Below, one piece after another: positions 17,251 through 27,090 of a stretch of 38,407 bases of DNA. The stretch's first letter is position 1. Every line of letters starts with the position of its first letter. The stretch is from a virus. Taxonomy: Duplodnaviria; Caudoviricetes. A program made the position numbers and the translations under genes. Under the pieces are notes generated by a model. The model worked only from the letters and a program-made list of their open reading frames with translations. It did not search any database and was not told where the DNA came from. The stretch spans positions 1 through 38,407 of the IMG/VR virus record IMGVR_UViG_3300012346_000007, one strand, 5' to 3'.

Positions 17251-18528
17251 TTACGAGCCAGCTGGTGAGTAACCACCTTTTAGAGAATAAGTCCCCATTA
17301 CAACAGGGGCTGCACTACCTGAACCACTCATACCTACTTGCTGTTCTATCTCTGACATTTTAGCCTGTTGTTCTTCAGCAGTTGCCATTGGATTCAAACG
17401 TGCCCAAGCATTATACCTCGATGTTACTGCAGCAAGTTTAGCTCGTTCCATAGCAGTACTACCAGCAGCTCCAGCACCAGCAGCCCTTACACCAGACGCT
17501 TTAGCAGCGGCATCGTAATAACGACCATGAGCACCATACAGTTTTTCTGTCATAGCCAGTTTCTGAGCTTCACGTTCTGCTTCTTCACGTTTCATACCTA
17601 GACCCATGAGTTCTTTAATGTTCTCACGATCTTCTTTTCTATATCCAGCTTTGTCTTGTGCATATCCTTTAGCCGCACCCATAGCACCTTGACCGATATT
17701 AGTAAGGGCATGTTGTGAAGTACCGCCCATAATACCAAGACCAGCTTCAAGCAAACGCATATACTTATCTTGATCCCGTGCTGCTTTAGAATCTGCTGCT
17801 TGCCCTTTTAACATCTCTTCGTACTTAGCGTACATGTCTTCTTTAGGTCTTGCATTTAAAGCATCAATTTCTTCTTTAGTCGGTGCCATTCTGCCTCGCT
17901 CACCAACAGTAGGTAAAGCTTGACCCTGTGGGGCTATTTGTTTAGCAAGGGCTTCGGCTTGGAATAATTTAGATTCGTCACCTTGAATAGTATCGGCAGG
18001 TAGCATGTTTTTAACTTGGTCAGAAGTCATAGGAATACCTGAACCTTTACCACTACGAACTGCTTGTATTTGGCCTGGAAGCGCATTAACCGGAGCACCG
18101 CCACGAGGCATTACACCGCCACCTAAGTTGTTTAAATAGCGTTTAAACTTCTCAAACGAACTTAAACCTTCTTCATCTTCATTTACTAAACTGCCAGTAT
18201 CCCCAGCAAAAGCAACAATGCCTCCACCTGCAAGAGATTGCTCATTCATACCACTAGGTAAAGCAGCTACGCCTTGAGGACGTTGCATAGCTTGTAAGCC
18301 AGCCATTTGTTGAGGCATAGGTTGTGGGGTAGCAGATTTTGTTAAATCTTCCTGAACCGTAGTTTGTGCTGGAGCTGGGCTATGCGCAACTAAACTTTGA
18401 CGACGTTTAATTTCAGCCAATGCTAAAAATTCAGGCACCGCTGGGTTTTGTCCTTGTGCGTATCTTGCTAGTGTATCTAGCTTAATAGAAGGGCTTTTTA
18501 GTTGGTCTATAACTTTATCGTAGTTCAT
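17251..18528 (-). CDS. Putative internal virion (DNA ejection) protein
   Basis: Helical, Ala/Gly/Gln-rich, with a GLGIMGG...IGQGAMG segment. Located next to the large ejection protein. Confidence 0.6.
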   Translation of the reverse strand: MNYDKVIDQLKSPSIKLDTLARYAQGQNPAVPEFLALAEIKRRQSLVAHSPAPAQTTVQEDLTKSATPQPMPQQMAGLQAMQRPQGVAALPSGMNEQSLAGGGIVAFAGDTGSLVNEDEEGLSSFEKFKRYLNNLGGGVMPRGGAPVNALPGQIQAVRSGKGSGIPMTSDQVKNMLPADTIQGDESKLFQAEALAKQIAPQGQALPTVGERGRMAPTKEEIDALNARPKEDMYAKYEEMLKGQAADSKAARDQDKYMRLLEAGLGIMGGTSQHALTNIGQGAMGAAKGYAQDKAGYRKEDRENIKELMGLGMKREEAEREAQKLAMTEKLYGAHGRYYDAAAKASGVRAAGAGAAGSTAMERAKLAAVTSRYNAWARLNPMATAEEQQAKMSEIEQQVGMSGSGSAAPVVMGTYSLKGGYSPAGS

Positions 18529-19646
18529 GATTTTTTACTCATCAATCTGTCTAGTTCAAGGGCAGCTAAACCACTACCTTTTTTCTCTTCAATCTGACCC
18601 CCTTTTTTCTTAGCCATACCGTACATTGCTGCACCGGTTAAACCAAGACCTGACAACTGTGATAGTTGATTTGGAGCTGCTTGATACTGCTGAGTAGTAG
18701 CTTGTTGTAACGGTAAACCACGTAACATTGCATTGAGCTGACCCAACTGCATCATTGGGTACTGCTGAGCTGTAGCGTAATCTTGAATTGCTTGGTTAAT
18801 CTTCTGCTGCTCTTGTTGTTGCTGTGCTGCACCCATCTGTGATTGAGTACCAATAATCTGTTGCTGAGCAGTTTGTTGTGCAGTGCCTAAATTACCTAGG
18901 GTAGAGGCGGCTTGATTAGCTTGACCCAAACCTTGCAAACCAGCTTGCATACCTTGTAAACCTAATTGAGCACCAAACTGTTGTTGTGCCTGTGCATCTT
19001 TATATGCTTGTTGCGTACCGCTAGCTTGAATGCCTTGTAACTGGGACATTAAACCACGTTGAGCTTCTGCTTGTTGTAGTGCAAGACGATTACCACCAAA
19101 AGCACCTTGACCAACAGCCGTTGCTTGTAGTTTAGGAGCGCCCATTTGATAGTCACGAACTGCTTGAGACTTTTGATAGTCAACAACGTTTTGCATATAA
19201 GGCGACATATAGCCTTGCATAGACATTGGGTCTTGTGCTTGTTGTGCATATTGTTGTCCAGCACCAGCAGCTTGGCTAGCTAACCCCATAGAACCCATAC
19301 CCGCCATACCAGCTAAACCTGAAGCCGCACCAAATTGACCAGGTACTTGCATGTTATAAGCGGACTGTTGTGCTTGTTGTTGTAGTGGAGAAAACTCAGC
19401 TACATAATCGTTTACGTTAGAGCTATATGGTTGATATGGACGGAAAGAAGTCATATCGTCGTTGTAGATCTGCGTTTGTGCAGAAGACAACATATTCTCT
19501 ACATAAGGACGTGCATATTCAGGAACGTTTGAAGAGTACGTAGTAGAATTAGTTGGGCCAGGAGACCCACCACCACCAGAACCACCAAATGGAGTTCGTT
19601 TTAGTTCGTGTGTCCAACCACTATGTTTGCTTTTTAAAATACTCAT
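18525..19646 (-). CDS. Putative internal virion (DNA ejection/pilot) protein, Gln/Gly/Ala-rich
   Basis: YMSPYMQNVVD, GAFGGNR, poly-Q helices and a Gly-rich hydrophobic C-terminus. Confidence 0.6.
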   Translation of the reverse strand: MSILKSKHSGWTHELKRTPFGGSGGGGSPGPTNSTTYSSNVPEYARPYVENMLSSAQTQIYNDDMTSFRPYQPYSSNVNDYVAEFSPLQQQAQQSAYNMQVPGQFGAASGLAGMAGMGSMGLASQAAGAGQQYAQQAQDPMSMQGYMSPYMQNVVDYQKSQAVRDYQMGAPKLQATAVGQGAFGGNRLALQQAEAQRGLMSQLQGIQASGTQQAYKDAQAQQQFGAQLGLQGMQAGLQGLGQANQAASTLGNLGTAQQTAQQQIIGTQSQMGAAQQQQEQQKINQAIQDYATAQQYPMMQLGQLNAMLRGLPLQQATTQQYQAAPNQLSQLSGLGLTGAAMYGMAKKKGGQIEEKKGSGLAALELDRLMSKKS

Positions 19647-20056
19647 ATCTTAGCCTCTACAATTCTGTAGCGTTCTTTAAACCCATATCTAGTCCACAAA
19701 CGTGCAATAGATTCTCTAGCGGCACCTTGAATCTTAGTAGCGCCATATCCTTTTAGTAAAGCAGTAAACTGCTCGTATGTATCTTTATTACTAATTAACT
19801 TACCACCAATAGCAACAACAAAAGCAACTCTATCGTTAGGCATATTGTTAAAACTAACTGCTGTTGCGCCGTGTATATTATTTTCTTCATCTACTGCTAC
19901 TAAAAGCATCCAATCGCCTCTAGCTAAATAAGCTTTAGCCTGTTCTACTGTATAGTCATCTTCGCCCCATTTTAACGCATCTGCTAAAAAATGCTCAACC
20001 AAAGGCCAAGTTTGATGGAAAAAAGTTACTGGAACAGATTTAATAGTTAAGTTCAT
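19643..20056 (-). CDS. Putative GNAT-fold protein of the virion morphogenesis module
   Basis: Size and position between nozzle and ejection genes. The C-terminal ARLWTRYGFK resembles the GNAT motif B pattern. Confidence 0.5.
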   Translation of the reverse strand: MNLTIKSVPVTFFHQTWPLVEHFLADALKWGEDDYTVEQAKAYLARGDWMLLVAVDEENNIHGATAVSFNNMPNDRVAFVVAIGGKLISNKDTYEQFTALLKGYGATKIQGAARESIARLWTRYGFKERYRIVEAKI

Positions 20057-20509
20057 TTAACCGCCACTAACCCAATTGTCATAGTTAGGTTCTGCTGGAT
20101 GTGCTGCATCCCATGCTGCTTTTTCCGCTGCAATTCGGGCATCTTCAATAGCTTGTCGTCTGTTCATTTCAGCCACACTAGGAGTTACACGACTTAAGTT
20201 TTGCTGGGCATTAGTCATATCAGGTCTATAGTTTAAAGCTTGACTTTGATACGTAGGCATCTGTCGCTGCATTGGTTGTTGGTAAAACTGATCCATCGAA
20301 TTAAACTGCTGCGAAATAGGAGCGTACTGACTAGCCATGCTTTGATACAACGCTTCTAAACCCATATCTTGTACGGCTTGGCCTGGAGTAGGTGGTTGGT
20401 AAGTAGCAGTGTATTTCCCTGCATTTCCTTCAGTTCGAGAAGGAGCACCACCATAAGTAGGCATAGAACTTTGTTGTTGGGGTTCGGCCCCTACTGATCC
20501 ACCGCTCAT
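20057..20509 (-). CDS. Hypothetical Gln/Pro-rich protein
   Basis: ATGA overlap with the upstream gene and abuts the downstream gene. Confidence 0.65.
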   Translation of the reverse strand: MSGGSVGAEPQQQSSMPTYGGAPSRTEGNAGKYTATYQPPTPGQAVQDMGLEALYQSMASQYAPISQQFNSMDQFYQQPMQRQMPTYQSQALNYRPDMTNAQQNLSRVTPSVAEMNRRQAIEDARIAAEKAAWDAAHPAEPNYDNWVSGG

Positions 20510-22107
20510 GCTGGTAAGTCCTTATCTGCTCTAGAGTTAACTGCAAACTTGCCTTTACCCATAGACTTTTTACGTTTAGCTTGTACCCGATCCATCATTG
20601 CATAAAGGCGCTTAGCCCCTGCATCTGTAGAACCGTTACCTAATTCTGACACAATACGGGCAGGTACTACAAACTCACCATCAGCAAGACGTGCTGGTTG
20701 ACGTCCCCCAATAGTAGCAGGAATGTTATCAGACACACCGTCACCAGGACCTTTAAGTAAACGACCACCATCTGAATACCCACCTAAATCAGCAATACCA
20801 CCATCAGCCATTGTTACACCAGCGTATTGGTTATTCATAGTTACTTCTGCACTTGCTGGCATTTGTGTGGGGGTAGCAAAGTTAGTACGGTCTTGTTGGC
20901 TTTGTGGGAACATATTAGTAGCCCCACCTTCAGCGTTTTGAGTCATACGTTCAACAGGTCCAGTAGGACCGCCGTTAGCTAAACGCATAATTCCACCATC
21001 TGCTGCATAGGTTGGGTATCGTGCTCTGTAATATGGGTCTGGCTGGATTGGTTCTTGTGCACGGAAATTAGGTGAAATACGACGTAAATACGCCCCATCA
21101 TCTGAAGTATCATCAGTTGGGGTAGCATTTTGAACGGGGTTCATAGCCGCTAAAATACCTGCACCAGCCGTTGTATATCCAGCTTTTTCCAAAGGAGTTT
21201 GTTTAGACCACCAGCTAGAGTTAGGGTCCGCTTTTGCTGCAGCCACTGCATCTGCTTGTTGCTTAAGGATTTTATCCCCAGCATTCATTGGGGTTGTAGG
21301 GCCATTTACTGTTGGGGCATTAGCCGTTACGTTAGTTCCATTAGTTGGAATACCAGGAGTTGTTAAGCTAGTACCAGGAGCAGCGCTGTTAACATAGTTA
21401 GCTGTAGGAGTTAAAGTACTTGTAGGTGTTCCAACGCCAGGCGTTGCTTGTCCACCAGTAAACCCAGAGTAACCACCAGAAGGAACAGGAGGAGCCGCTA
21501 ACGGATCAATCGGTGCGCCAGTAGACGGATTTAAGCTAAGGGCTTTTGTACCTACTTGAGTAGATTGACCCAGTGCAAGATTAGGGTCGACTGGAGCAGA
21601 ACCAGCACTAATACCAGGACCAGCCGCACCAGGAGCAGCATTTATACCAGCACCAGCACCAGCACCTTCAACACCAGTAGGAGTTGCACTTAAACCTTCT
21701 AAACCAGCGCTTAAACCACCACCAATAGCGCCTGTTGCACCGCCCATAAGAGCGCCTTTACCTACATCGCCACCTTGAATAGCCGCACTACCGCCACCAA
21801 TAAGGGCACCAGCACCAGCACCAGCTAGGATACCAGCAGAAGTAGCACCCATACCAGCACTCATCAATAAAGGAGTAGCCGCACCAGCAGTAAAATACAT
21901 AGCCGCACCAGCAGCCACAATAGGTAGAATCTGCTCTAAGAACCCTGCCTCATACAATCCTGTTTCTGGGTTTTTGGTTAAACTACCACCATGCGCCTTA
22001 GCTAAAGCTTGCAGTCCACTAATCTCTCTTTTAGACATGTGGATAAGTTCGGTGTCATTTCCCCGACCTTTAGTTTCTAGTTGTTTGGCTATATGTTGTA
22101 GGCTCAT
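20506..22107 (-). CDS. Putative virion/ejection protein with Gly-rich hydrophobic segment and C-terminal GPGDG-SD-IPA-GEFVV domain
   Basis: NPETGLYEA, a long GA-rich amphipathic region, a P/T-rich linker and GPGDGVSDNIPA...LADGEFVVPA, a motif I also recall from tape-measure-type proteins. Confidence 0.6.
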   Translation of the reverse strand: MSLQHIAKQLETKGRGNDTELIHMSKREISGLQALAKAHGGSLTKNPETGLYEAGFLEQILPIVAAGAAMYFTAGAATPLLMSAGMGATSAGILAGAGAGALIGGGSAAIQGGDVGKGALMGGATGAIGGGLSAGLEGLSATPTGVEGAGAGAGINAAPGAAGPGISAGSAPVDPNLALGQSTQVGTKALSLNPSTGAPIDPLAAPPVPSGGYSGFTGGQATPGVGTPTSTLTPTANYVNSAAPGTSLTTPGIPTNGTNVTANAPTVNGPTTPMNAGDKILKQQADAVAAAKADPNSSWWSKQTPLEKAGYTTAGAGILAAMNPVQNATPTDDTSDDGAYLRRISPNFRAQEPIQPDPYYRARYPTYAADGGIMRLANGGPTGPVERMTQNAEGGATNMFPQSQQDRTNFATPTQMPASAEVTMNNQYAGVTMADGGIADLGGYSDGGRLLKGPGDGVSDNIPATIGGRQPARLADGEFVVPARIVSELGNGSTDAGAKRLYAMMDRVQAKRKKSMGKGKFAVNSRADKDLPA

Positions 22108-22145
22108 GCTTGCCTCTTAAGGTTATTTGGTGTTGATTTTATCAT

Positions 22146-22445
22146 TTAAACTACTGTTCCGGTAGCATCTACCCAGTCAGCTCCGTCCCACCAAATAGGG
22201 TACCCCAAGGTGGTATCAAAATAAAGCTGCCCTATTGCTAAAGGTACTTGTACGTTTTCTATTGGTCGGTTTGCTGTAACCCCTGATAAAGGTATAGCAA
22301 CGGCTTGAGTAAAGTTGTCTATCTGTGCAAAATATAGGCGTAGGGCGTTAGTTAGTTGGTCAATATAACGCTGGTCATAAGCTACAGGCCCAACAGGAAT
22401 ATTAGGGGATTTTGTAGATTTTAGCGGTATGTTCTTTACAGCCAT
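22146..22445 (-). CDS. Hypothetical structural protein
   Basis: TAATG coupling to the nozzle gene. C-terminal GVTANRP...GQLYFDTTLGYPIWWDG resembles a short fibre-type repeat. Confidence 0.65.
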   Translation of the reverse strand: MAVKNIPLKSTKSPNIPVGPVAYDQRYIDQLTNALRLYFAQIDNFTQAVAIPLSGVTANRPIENVQVPLAIGQLYFDTTLGYPIWWDGADWVDATGTVV

Positions 22446-24358
22446 TATCTGCGACCGTCATTTCTAATATCTATACGGGGGGTACCCAACTGCCAAGACA
22501 CACCTAAACTAGTTGACTCAATACGGAAGCTTAACTGACGACCACGTAAGCGTGTATAAACCTGACCACTAAATTCTTGGATGTTATAAACGCCTCTAGT
22601 ACCATAGTCATCTGCACTTGTTACTTGTGGGTTATCTGCAACACCATAAGGAGCACCTGAGTTCCTACGGGGTTTAACCGTCATAGTTACATAAGGCTGG
22701 TTTACATTAGAGCCGTTAAAGTTAATGTCAGGCAGGATGCGCCATACAAAACCAAAGTTGTGTCCATCACCAATGTCAAAGTCTGAGGATTGCACATACG
22801 CATTAATTGGTACTGGAGTTAAGCCAGACACGTCGTCAACTGCGCTTTCGTGGTACAGAATGCGATTCTCGTAATTTGCTGCCATTGGGTATTGTCTAAT
22901 TCCTGAATCGAGCCAAGCGGTCCGAGCCATAGAGCCGTAATACCATACACGGTCAAGGTAGTTATAGATGACATACTTATCCACAGTTGTTGAATCGCCA
23001 GAACAATAGAACCACCAGATTTCACTGTAGCCTTCATTAGTACCACAAAATACTTGGTACCCTTGGTCTTTATTAATGTCATTAAATATATACTGCCACA
23101 AACTACAAGGCAACGTTTCAACACGTCCTGAATACATGTAGAACTTATCTGTGCCCATCCAGTAGGTTATGTTGTTAATTGTAATAGCAGCATTAGGGCT
23201 GATAATCGAGATGTTGTCCATAAGGACGTTAAAGCCCCACACATAAGGAGGCCCTAGGTACTGCATAGAATATAGGCAAGAATCAGTCCAAACTAGAATC
23301 TCTTGACGTGTAGCACGGGCACACATAATGTATGAACCGTTTGATAAGCGGAACTCACCAGCCTGATTAGTTACCTCTGGTACCCATTGGTATGGGTTTT
23401 CTTGGTCTGACCAGCGTACAAGCATTGGGTCAAAGTCGGTATTAGGAGTACCAGTTAGATAGGAGTTAGCGCCTAATGCAATAACAAAGCGCTGAATAGC
23501 CGAAGATAGAACCTGATAAGTAGTTGTAGGAACATAATCACCATCAAACGAATAGAAGTCAGCTAGGTCGGATAAGTATTTAGCTCTAACGTCAGTACCA
23601 TCTGCAGCCACCCAATAGAAAATCGGACCACCACGAGGAGCAATAAGTAAGTCTTGTCCGTAGTTGTCGTTAGACCATAAGCGTAGTTGATACTGCACAC
23701 CCCCACTATAAGCAGTACCCCAACCACCACGGCTCCAAGGACCTGAACCCCATCCAGTACCAACAATGGCAACGTCTAGACCAATTGGGTATTGATATTG
23801 TGCTTCAACAGTAGCCCCACCGTGCCCAGTATCCGAACTATTAGCAACTACAGGAGCAACGCTGATTGTGTAAGCTGTGGCATTAACCGTAGAAACAACT
23901 TTAAATTCTGCATCAAGAACCGTAGCAGTTACGTTACCACCAAGACTTGTAGTACCCGAAAAAGTAACCCAGTCACCTACGTTTGGAGCATACCCAGCAT
24001 CGACTACAGTAATGATAGAAGAGTTTGCAGTTGCAGTAAATGGGCCAGCAGCGGCACCTAGTGTAGTGGAGGTATGAACAATTGGGGTTACATCATTAAA
24101 GAACCCACCAAGCTCAATGTAGTATTTCTCGTTAGTACCAACACCTAGATAGTTAGAACCTTCTAAGTTAATCCAATTCCACATAGAGCGGGCAATACCC
24201 ACATACTGGTCATTAGACATACGGCTCCAGCCGCCAAGCTTTTCTGGGAAGCCAGAACGAAAGCGAATTTTGTCCCCATCATACCAACCGCCTTCGTTGG
24301 CGTAGTCAGTACCTTCTCGGTTAAGACCGGGTCTAAATTGTAGCTTTTGTAATGGCAT
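22445..24358 (-). CDS. Putative tail nozzle / head-closure (stabilisation) protein, beta-propeller type
   Basis: 637 aa, beta-rich with Trp/Asp repeats (VRWSDQENP.QW, EIWWFY, VIYNY...WY). Position upstream of the ejection genes is as for P22 gp10 or T7 gp12. Confidence 0.65.
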   Translation of the reverse strand: MPLQKLQFRPGLNREGTDYANEGGWYDGDKIRFRSGFPEKLGGWSRMSNDQYVGIARSMWNWINLEGSNYLGVGTNEKYYIELGGFFNDVTPIVHTSTTLGAAAGPFTATANSSIITVVDAGYAPNVGDWVTFSGTTSLGGNVTATVLDAEFKVVSTVNATAYTISVAPVVANSSDTGHGGATVEAQYQYPIGLDVAIVGTGWGSGPWSRGGWGTAYSGGVQYQLRLWSNDNYGQDLLIAPRGGPIFYWVAADGTDVRAKYLSDLADFYSFDGDYVPTTTYQVLSSAIQRFVIALGANSYLTGTPNTDFDPMLVRWSDQENPYQWVPEVTNQAGEFRLSNGSYIMCARATRQEILVWTDSCLYSMQYLGPPYVWGFNVLMDNISIISPNAAITINNITYWMGTDKFYMYSGRVETLPCSLWQYIFNDINKDQGYQVFCGTNEGYSEIWWFYCSGDSTTVDKYVIYNYLDRVWYYGSMARTAWLDSGIRQYPMAANYENRILYHESAVDDVSGLTPVPINAYVQSSDFDIGDGHNFGFVWRILPDINFNGSNVNQPYVTMTVKPRRNSGAPYGVADNPQVTSADDYGTRGVYNIQEFSGQVYTRLRGRQLSFRIESTSLGVSWQLGTPRIDIRNDGRR

Positions 24359-24364
24359 GTGGGT

Positions 24365-24958
24365 TTACCCTAGTATTGACAATGCTTTGGCAATTTTAGC
24401 TTTTCGGTCTTCTATACCAATTAAACCGCCATTAATGCGTTTAGTCATTGTATCAATATCCCCAGCATCTGCTAAGGCATTTAATCCTTTTTTGTTCCAG
24501 AACCATCCCGCAGACATAGCAGCCAAATCAGGCTGAGCCAAAAGACCAGGTTGATTAATAAGGTCAACGCCAATTGCTTCTCCACATCGCTCATAATTTT
24601 CCTTGCCGGTTAACTGAATCAAACCCCTTCCGTGGTACTTAGACCCCTCACCAGACTCTTCAGCACCATTACCCATACGGTTGGCGTAAACCTTGTTGGC
24701 TATTTTAATAGGGTCATGCGCATACTTCATAGCAGTTGGCAGGTCAGGAAACCGACTAGGCCAAACACGCATTAGAGCTTCTGGCTTGTAGTTTAGGTTT
24801 TCTTCAAGAGTCTTAAAATTACCAGATTCATGAGCACACTGACCAATAAACGCTGCTTGACGCTGTGGTGTATTAATATCATATTTAGCAAATACCTCGT
24901 TCAAAGGCTCTAACCACTTAGCGTCAATACCTAAAGCTACCAATTGCTCATTCGTCAT
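24365..24958 (-). CDS. Endolysin, glycoside hydrolase family 19
   Basis: FIGQCAHESG, ENLNY, YHGRGLIQLTGKENY, SAGWFW and TKRINGG. Confidence 0.92.
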   Translation of the reverse strand: MTNEQLVALGIDAKWLEPLNEVFAKYDINTPQRQAAFIGQCAHESGNFKTLEENLNYKPEALMRVWPSRFPDLPTAMKYAHDPIKIANKVYANRMGNGAEESGEGSKYHGRGLIQLTGKENYERCGEAIGVDLINQPGLLAQPDLAAMSAGWFWNKKGLNALADAGDIDTMTKRINGGLIGIEDRKAKIAKALSILG

Positions 24959-25175
24959 TTGAATCTTGTCCTATCTTAATACCTGTAATTAACCCAATGA
25001 ACCCACCAATAATGGTCTGGAAGGCTGGAGTAATGGCCTCAAAAATCTTGTCGTTGCTAATATCTGTGTCAAACAAACCAACTAACATACCACAAACCAT
25101 ACCGCAAACAACTACGCAAAGGGTCAATGTAACGCATACGGTTACAAACCCAGGCACTGTATCTTTACTTATCAT
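24948..25175 (-). CDS. Small two-TM membrane protein in the lysis cassette
   Basis: Two hydrophobic stretches, between holin and endolysin. Confidence 0.65.
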   Translation of the reverse strand: MISKDTVPGFVTVCVTLTLCVVVCGMVCGMLVGLFDTDISNDKIFEAITPAFQTIIGGFIGLITGIKIGQDSNDE

Positions 25176-25575
25176 CTTTATTCCTAGACTTCATATCAAT
25201 AATTTTCTCAAGGGTACGCCCACCAAAGTAGAAGGACATAATTAACATACCCCACTGACCCAGCAATTCTACATAAGACTTATTGGTTTCTATATTAAAA
25301 GCTGATAACATAGCAAACGTAAAATAACCCGTAAGGATTGCAATCAATGTCATTGGACGAATATTTTTTGACAGCCATGAATCTGATGCCATATCTGCTT
25401 CTGCTCGCTTGGTCAGCTCTTGTGCTTCTGCCGTATCTGCTTGCAGTTCTGCTAACCTACCTTGTTGTTGTAACTCTACCAACTTGGCTTGTGCTTCGGC
25501 TTTTGCAGCAGGGTCAGGAATAACCTTGTCTAAGATTTTCATTCCTACGCCGATGATGTCGTCTATACCAAACAT
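25165..25575 (-). CDS. Holin-like protein (GTA 3TM-holin family-like)
   Basis: LDKVIPDP.AKAEA, SDSWLSKNIRP and FYFGGRTLEK. Hydrophobic helices, near the endolysin. Confidence 0.75.
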   Translation of the reverse strand: MFGIDDIIGVGMKILDKVIPDPAAKAEAQAKLVELQQQGRLAELQADTAEAQELTKRAEADMASDSWLSKNIRPMTLIAILTGYFTFAMLSAFNIETNKSYVELLGQWGMLIMSFYFGGRTLEKIIDMKSRNKDDK

Positions 25576-25577
25576 AT

Positions 25578-26030
25578 CTACTCCTTAATACCCCAAGTTA
25601 AATACCAAGCAATTAATGCTGCTACTGCAAAACAATAAAATTGCACCCGCCTTACTTCTTTTAAATCATGCTGATATGCTTCATTGGCTTTACGTTCCAT
25701 ATTTTCAATATCAAGCTTAATCTTTAATACTGCATCCCACTCTTTTGCGCCGTACTTCCTAACAAAATCAATCTTTAGGTTGGCCTCCTCGTCGGAGATT
25801 TGTTTCTTTCGCTTCCATTCGTCAAGCGCTTTTATTAACGCTCGTTCTTTCTTTAATTCTGCTTCCCTAGCCGCTCGACGTCTTTCTTGAGCTTTCTGTT
25901 TGGCTACATCCGTTGCATCTTGTTGGACTCCTTCAATGCTTTTAGACAGACCTTTACTAGCCTCCCGACTTGCATCTAGGCTTCCGCTAAGAGTCTTTAC
26001 TCCTTCGGATAAACCAAATGGGTCCTGCAT
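25578..26030 (-). CDS. Coiled-coil protein with C-terminal TM anchor
   Basis: Charged helical body ending in FYCFAVAALIAWYLTW. Confidence 0.65.
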   Translation of the reverse strand: MQDPFGLSEGVKTLSGSLDASREASKGLSKSIEGVQQDATDVAKQKAQERRRAAREAELKKERALIKALDEWKRKKQISDEEANLKIDFVRKYGAKEWDAVLKIKLDIENMERKANEAYQHDLKEVRRVQFYCFAVAALIAWYLTWGIKE

Positions 26031-26039
26031 GGCGCACTT

Positions 26040-26240
26040 TTATTTCACCTTTTTTGCACGGGTTGTTTTAGCAACTACGGCTGGTTTTTTAGTTGTGCGC
26101 TTTCTAGCAACTGGTTTCTTTTTTGGAGTTTCCGCTGGAAAAGGCCATGCGTCTTTTAGTTGTAAATCTACTTTACCAACTTGTATATCAATCTTAGGCA
26201 TGTAGCCGAGCTTATCAAACAACCAAGTAATAATAAACAT
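26040..26240 (-). CDS. Small Lys-rich hypothetical protein
   Basis: TAATG coupling. WPFP followed by a histone-H1-like K/A/P/T tail. Confidence 0.65.
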   Translation of the reverse strand: MFIITWLFDKLGYMPKIDIQVGKVDLQLKDAWPFPAETPKKKPVARKRTTKKPAVVAKTTRAKKVK

Positions 26241-26449
26241 TAGAGTGTCGCTCCACCGGAAGAAAGATTAGCAACTGTAATAGCTACGTGACGTTCTGGT
26301 TCTGCTAGTGAATGACCACAATCGCTACATACTTTAGCAGCTAGTTCAACCTCAGATACATCGTATCCACAAGCTGGGCAATACACCTCAATAGTATGAC
26401 GGCACTTAAGCTCGCCATTTACCATCTGGTCTGGGATCTCTTTAATCAT
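26240..26449 (-). CDS. Small zinc-ribbon protein
   Basis: CPACG...CSDCG; translationally coupled on both sides. Confidence 0.7.
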   Translation of the reverse strand: MIKEIPDQMVNGELKCRHTIEVYCPACGYDVSEVELAAKVCSDCGHSLAEPERHVAITVANLSSGGATL

Positions 26450-26730
26450 TAATATTTACCTTCTGCAAATACGTTTACAAACACAGTGTCGTCTTCTAGT
26501 GCTTCAATCTCATGCCACTCACCAGCAGGAAGATTTAACGGCTGACTGTTTTTATCAATAGTATAACTGCGACCTTCTAAACTAACTAAACAAGACCCAT
26601 TGTGACAAACCGTTGCATGTGAATACGAATGGCTGTGACTAGGCAAACCTTGTCCTTTATCTGCGTGATACACATTTAACTGCGCACCATCGTAGGTAAA
26701 ACTATGCTTAGGGGCAATTAGAACTACCAT
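26449..26730 (-). CDS. Cupin-fold (RmlC-like) protein
   Basis: PSHSHSYSH motif 1 and LPAGEWHEIEALED motif 2. Confidence 0.8.
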   Translation of the reverse strand: MVVLIAPKHSFTYDGAQLNVYHADKGQGLPSHSHSYSHATVCHNGSCLVSLEGRSYTIDKNSQPLNLPAGEWHEIEALEDDTVFVNVFAEGKY

Positions 26731-27071
26731 TACGCAGTTTGAGTGCCAGTAGTTGCAGTTGCGTTAGCGGCAGCTTGTTCAGCAGCGATTCGGGCGGCTT
26801 CCGCAGCGGCGGCAATAGCAGCTTCTTCAGCGGCTTTAGCTTCGTCCCATTTAGCTACAGCTGTAGTAGCCCATGCTGGAAGTGAAGTGATCTTCTCGTT
26901 AGCAGCTTTATCACCAAAGTCGTCTTGGACAAACTCAATCCAACCAGCATTAGAAGCATCGTTAAACTGCAGTGCATGTACGTCAGACGGTACAGCTGAC
27001 AAGTCTAAGTCAGAATAAGATACGCCATCTTTATAAACAGCGCCATCTGCACGGATAATAGTAAGTTTCAT
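26730..27071 (-). CDS. Hypothetical protein, probable tail-fibre accessory/chaperone
   Basis: Start MKLTIIRADG after AAGGA. Contains VHALQF...GWIEF and directly follows a fibre gene. Confidence 0.55.
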   Translation of the reverse strand: MKLTIIRADGAVYKDGVSYSDLDLSAVPSDVHALQFNDASNAGWIEFVQDDFGDKAANEKITSLPAWATTAVAKWDEAKAAEEAAIAAAAEAARIAAEQAAANATATTGTQTA

Positions 27072-27090
27072 TTTTAATCCTTTTAAAAAA

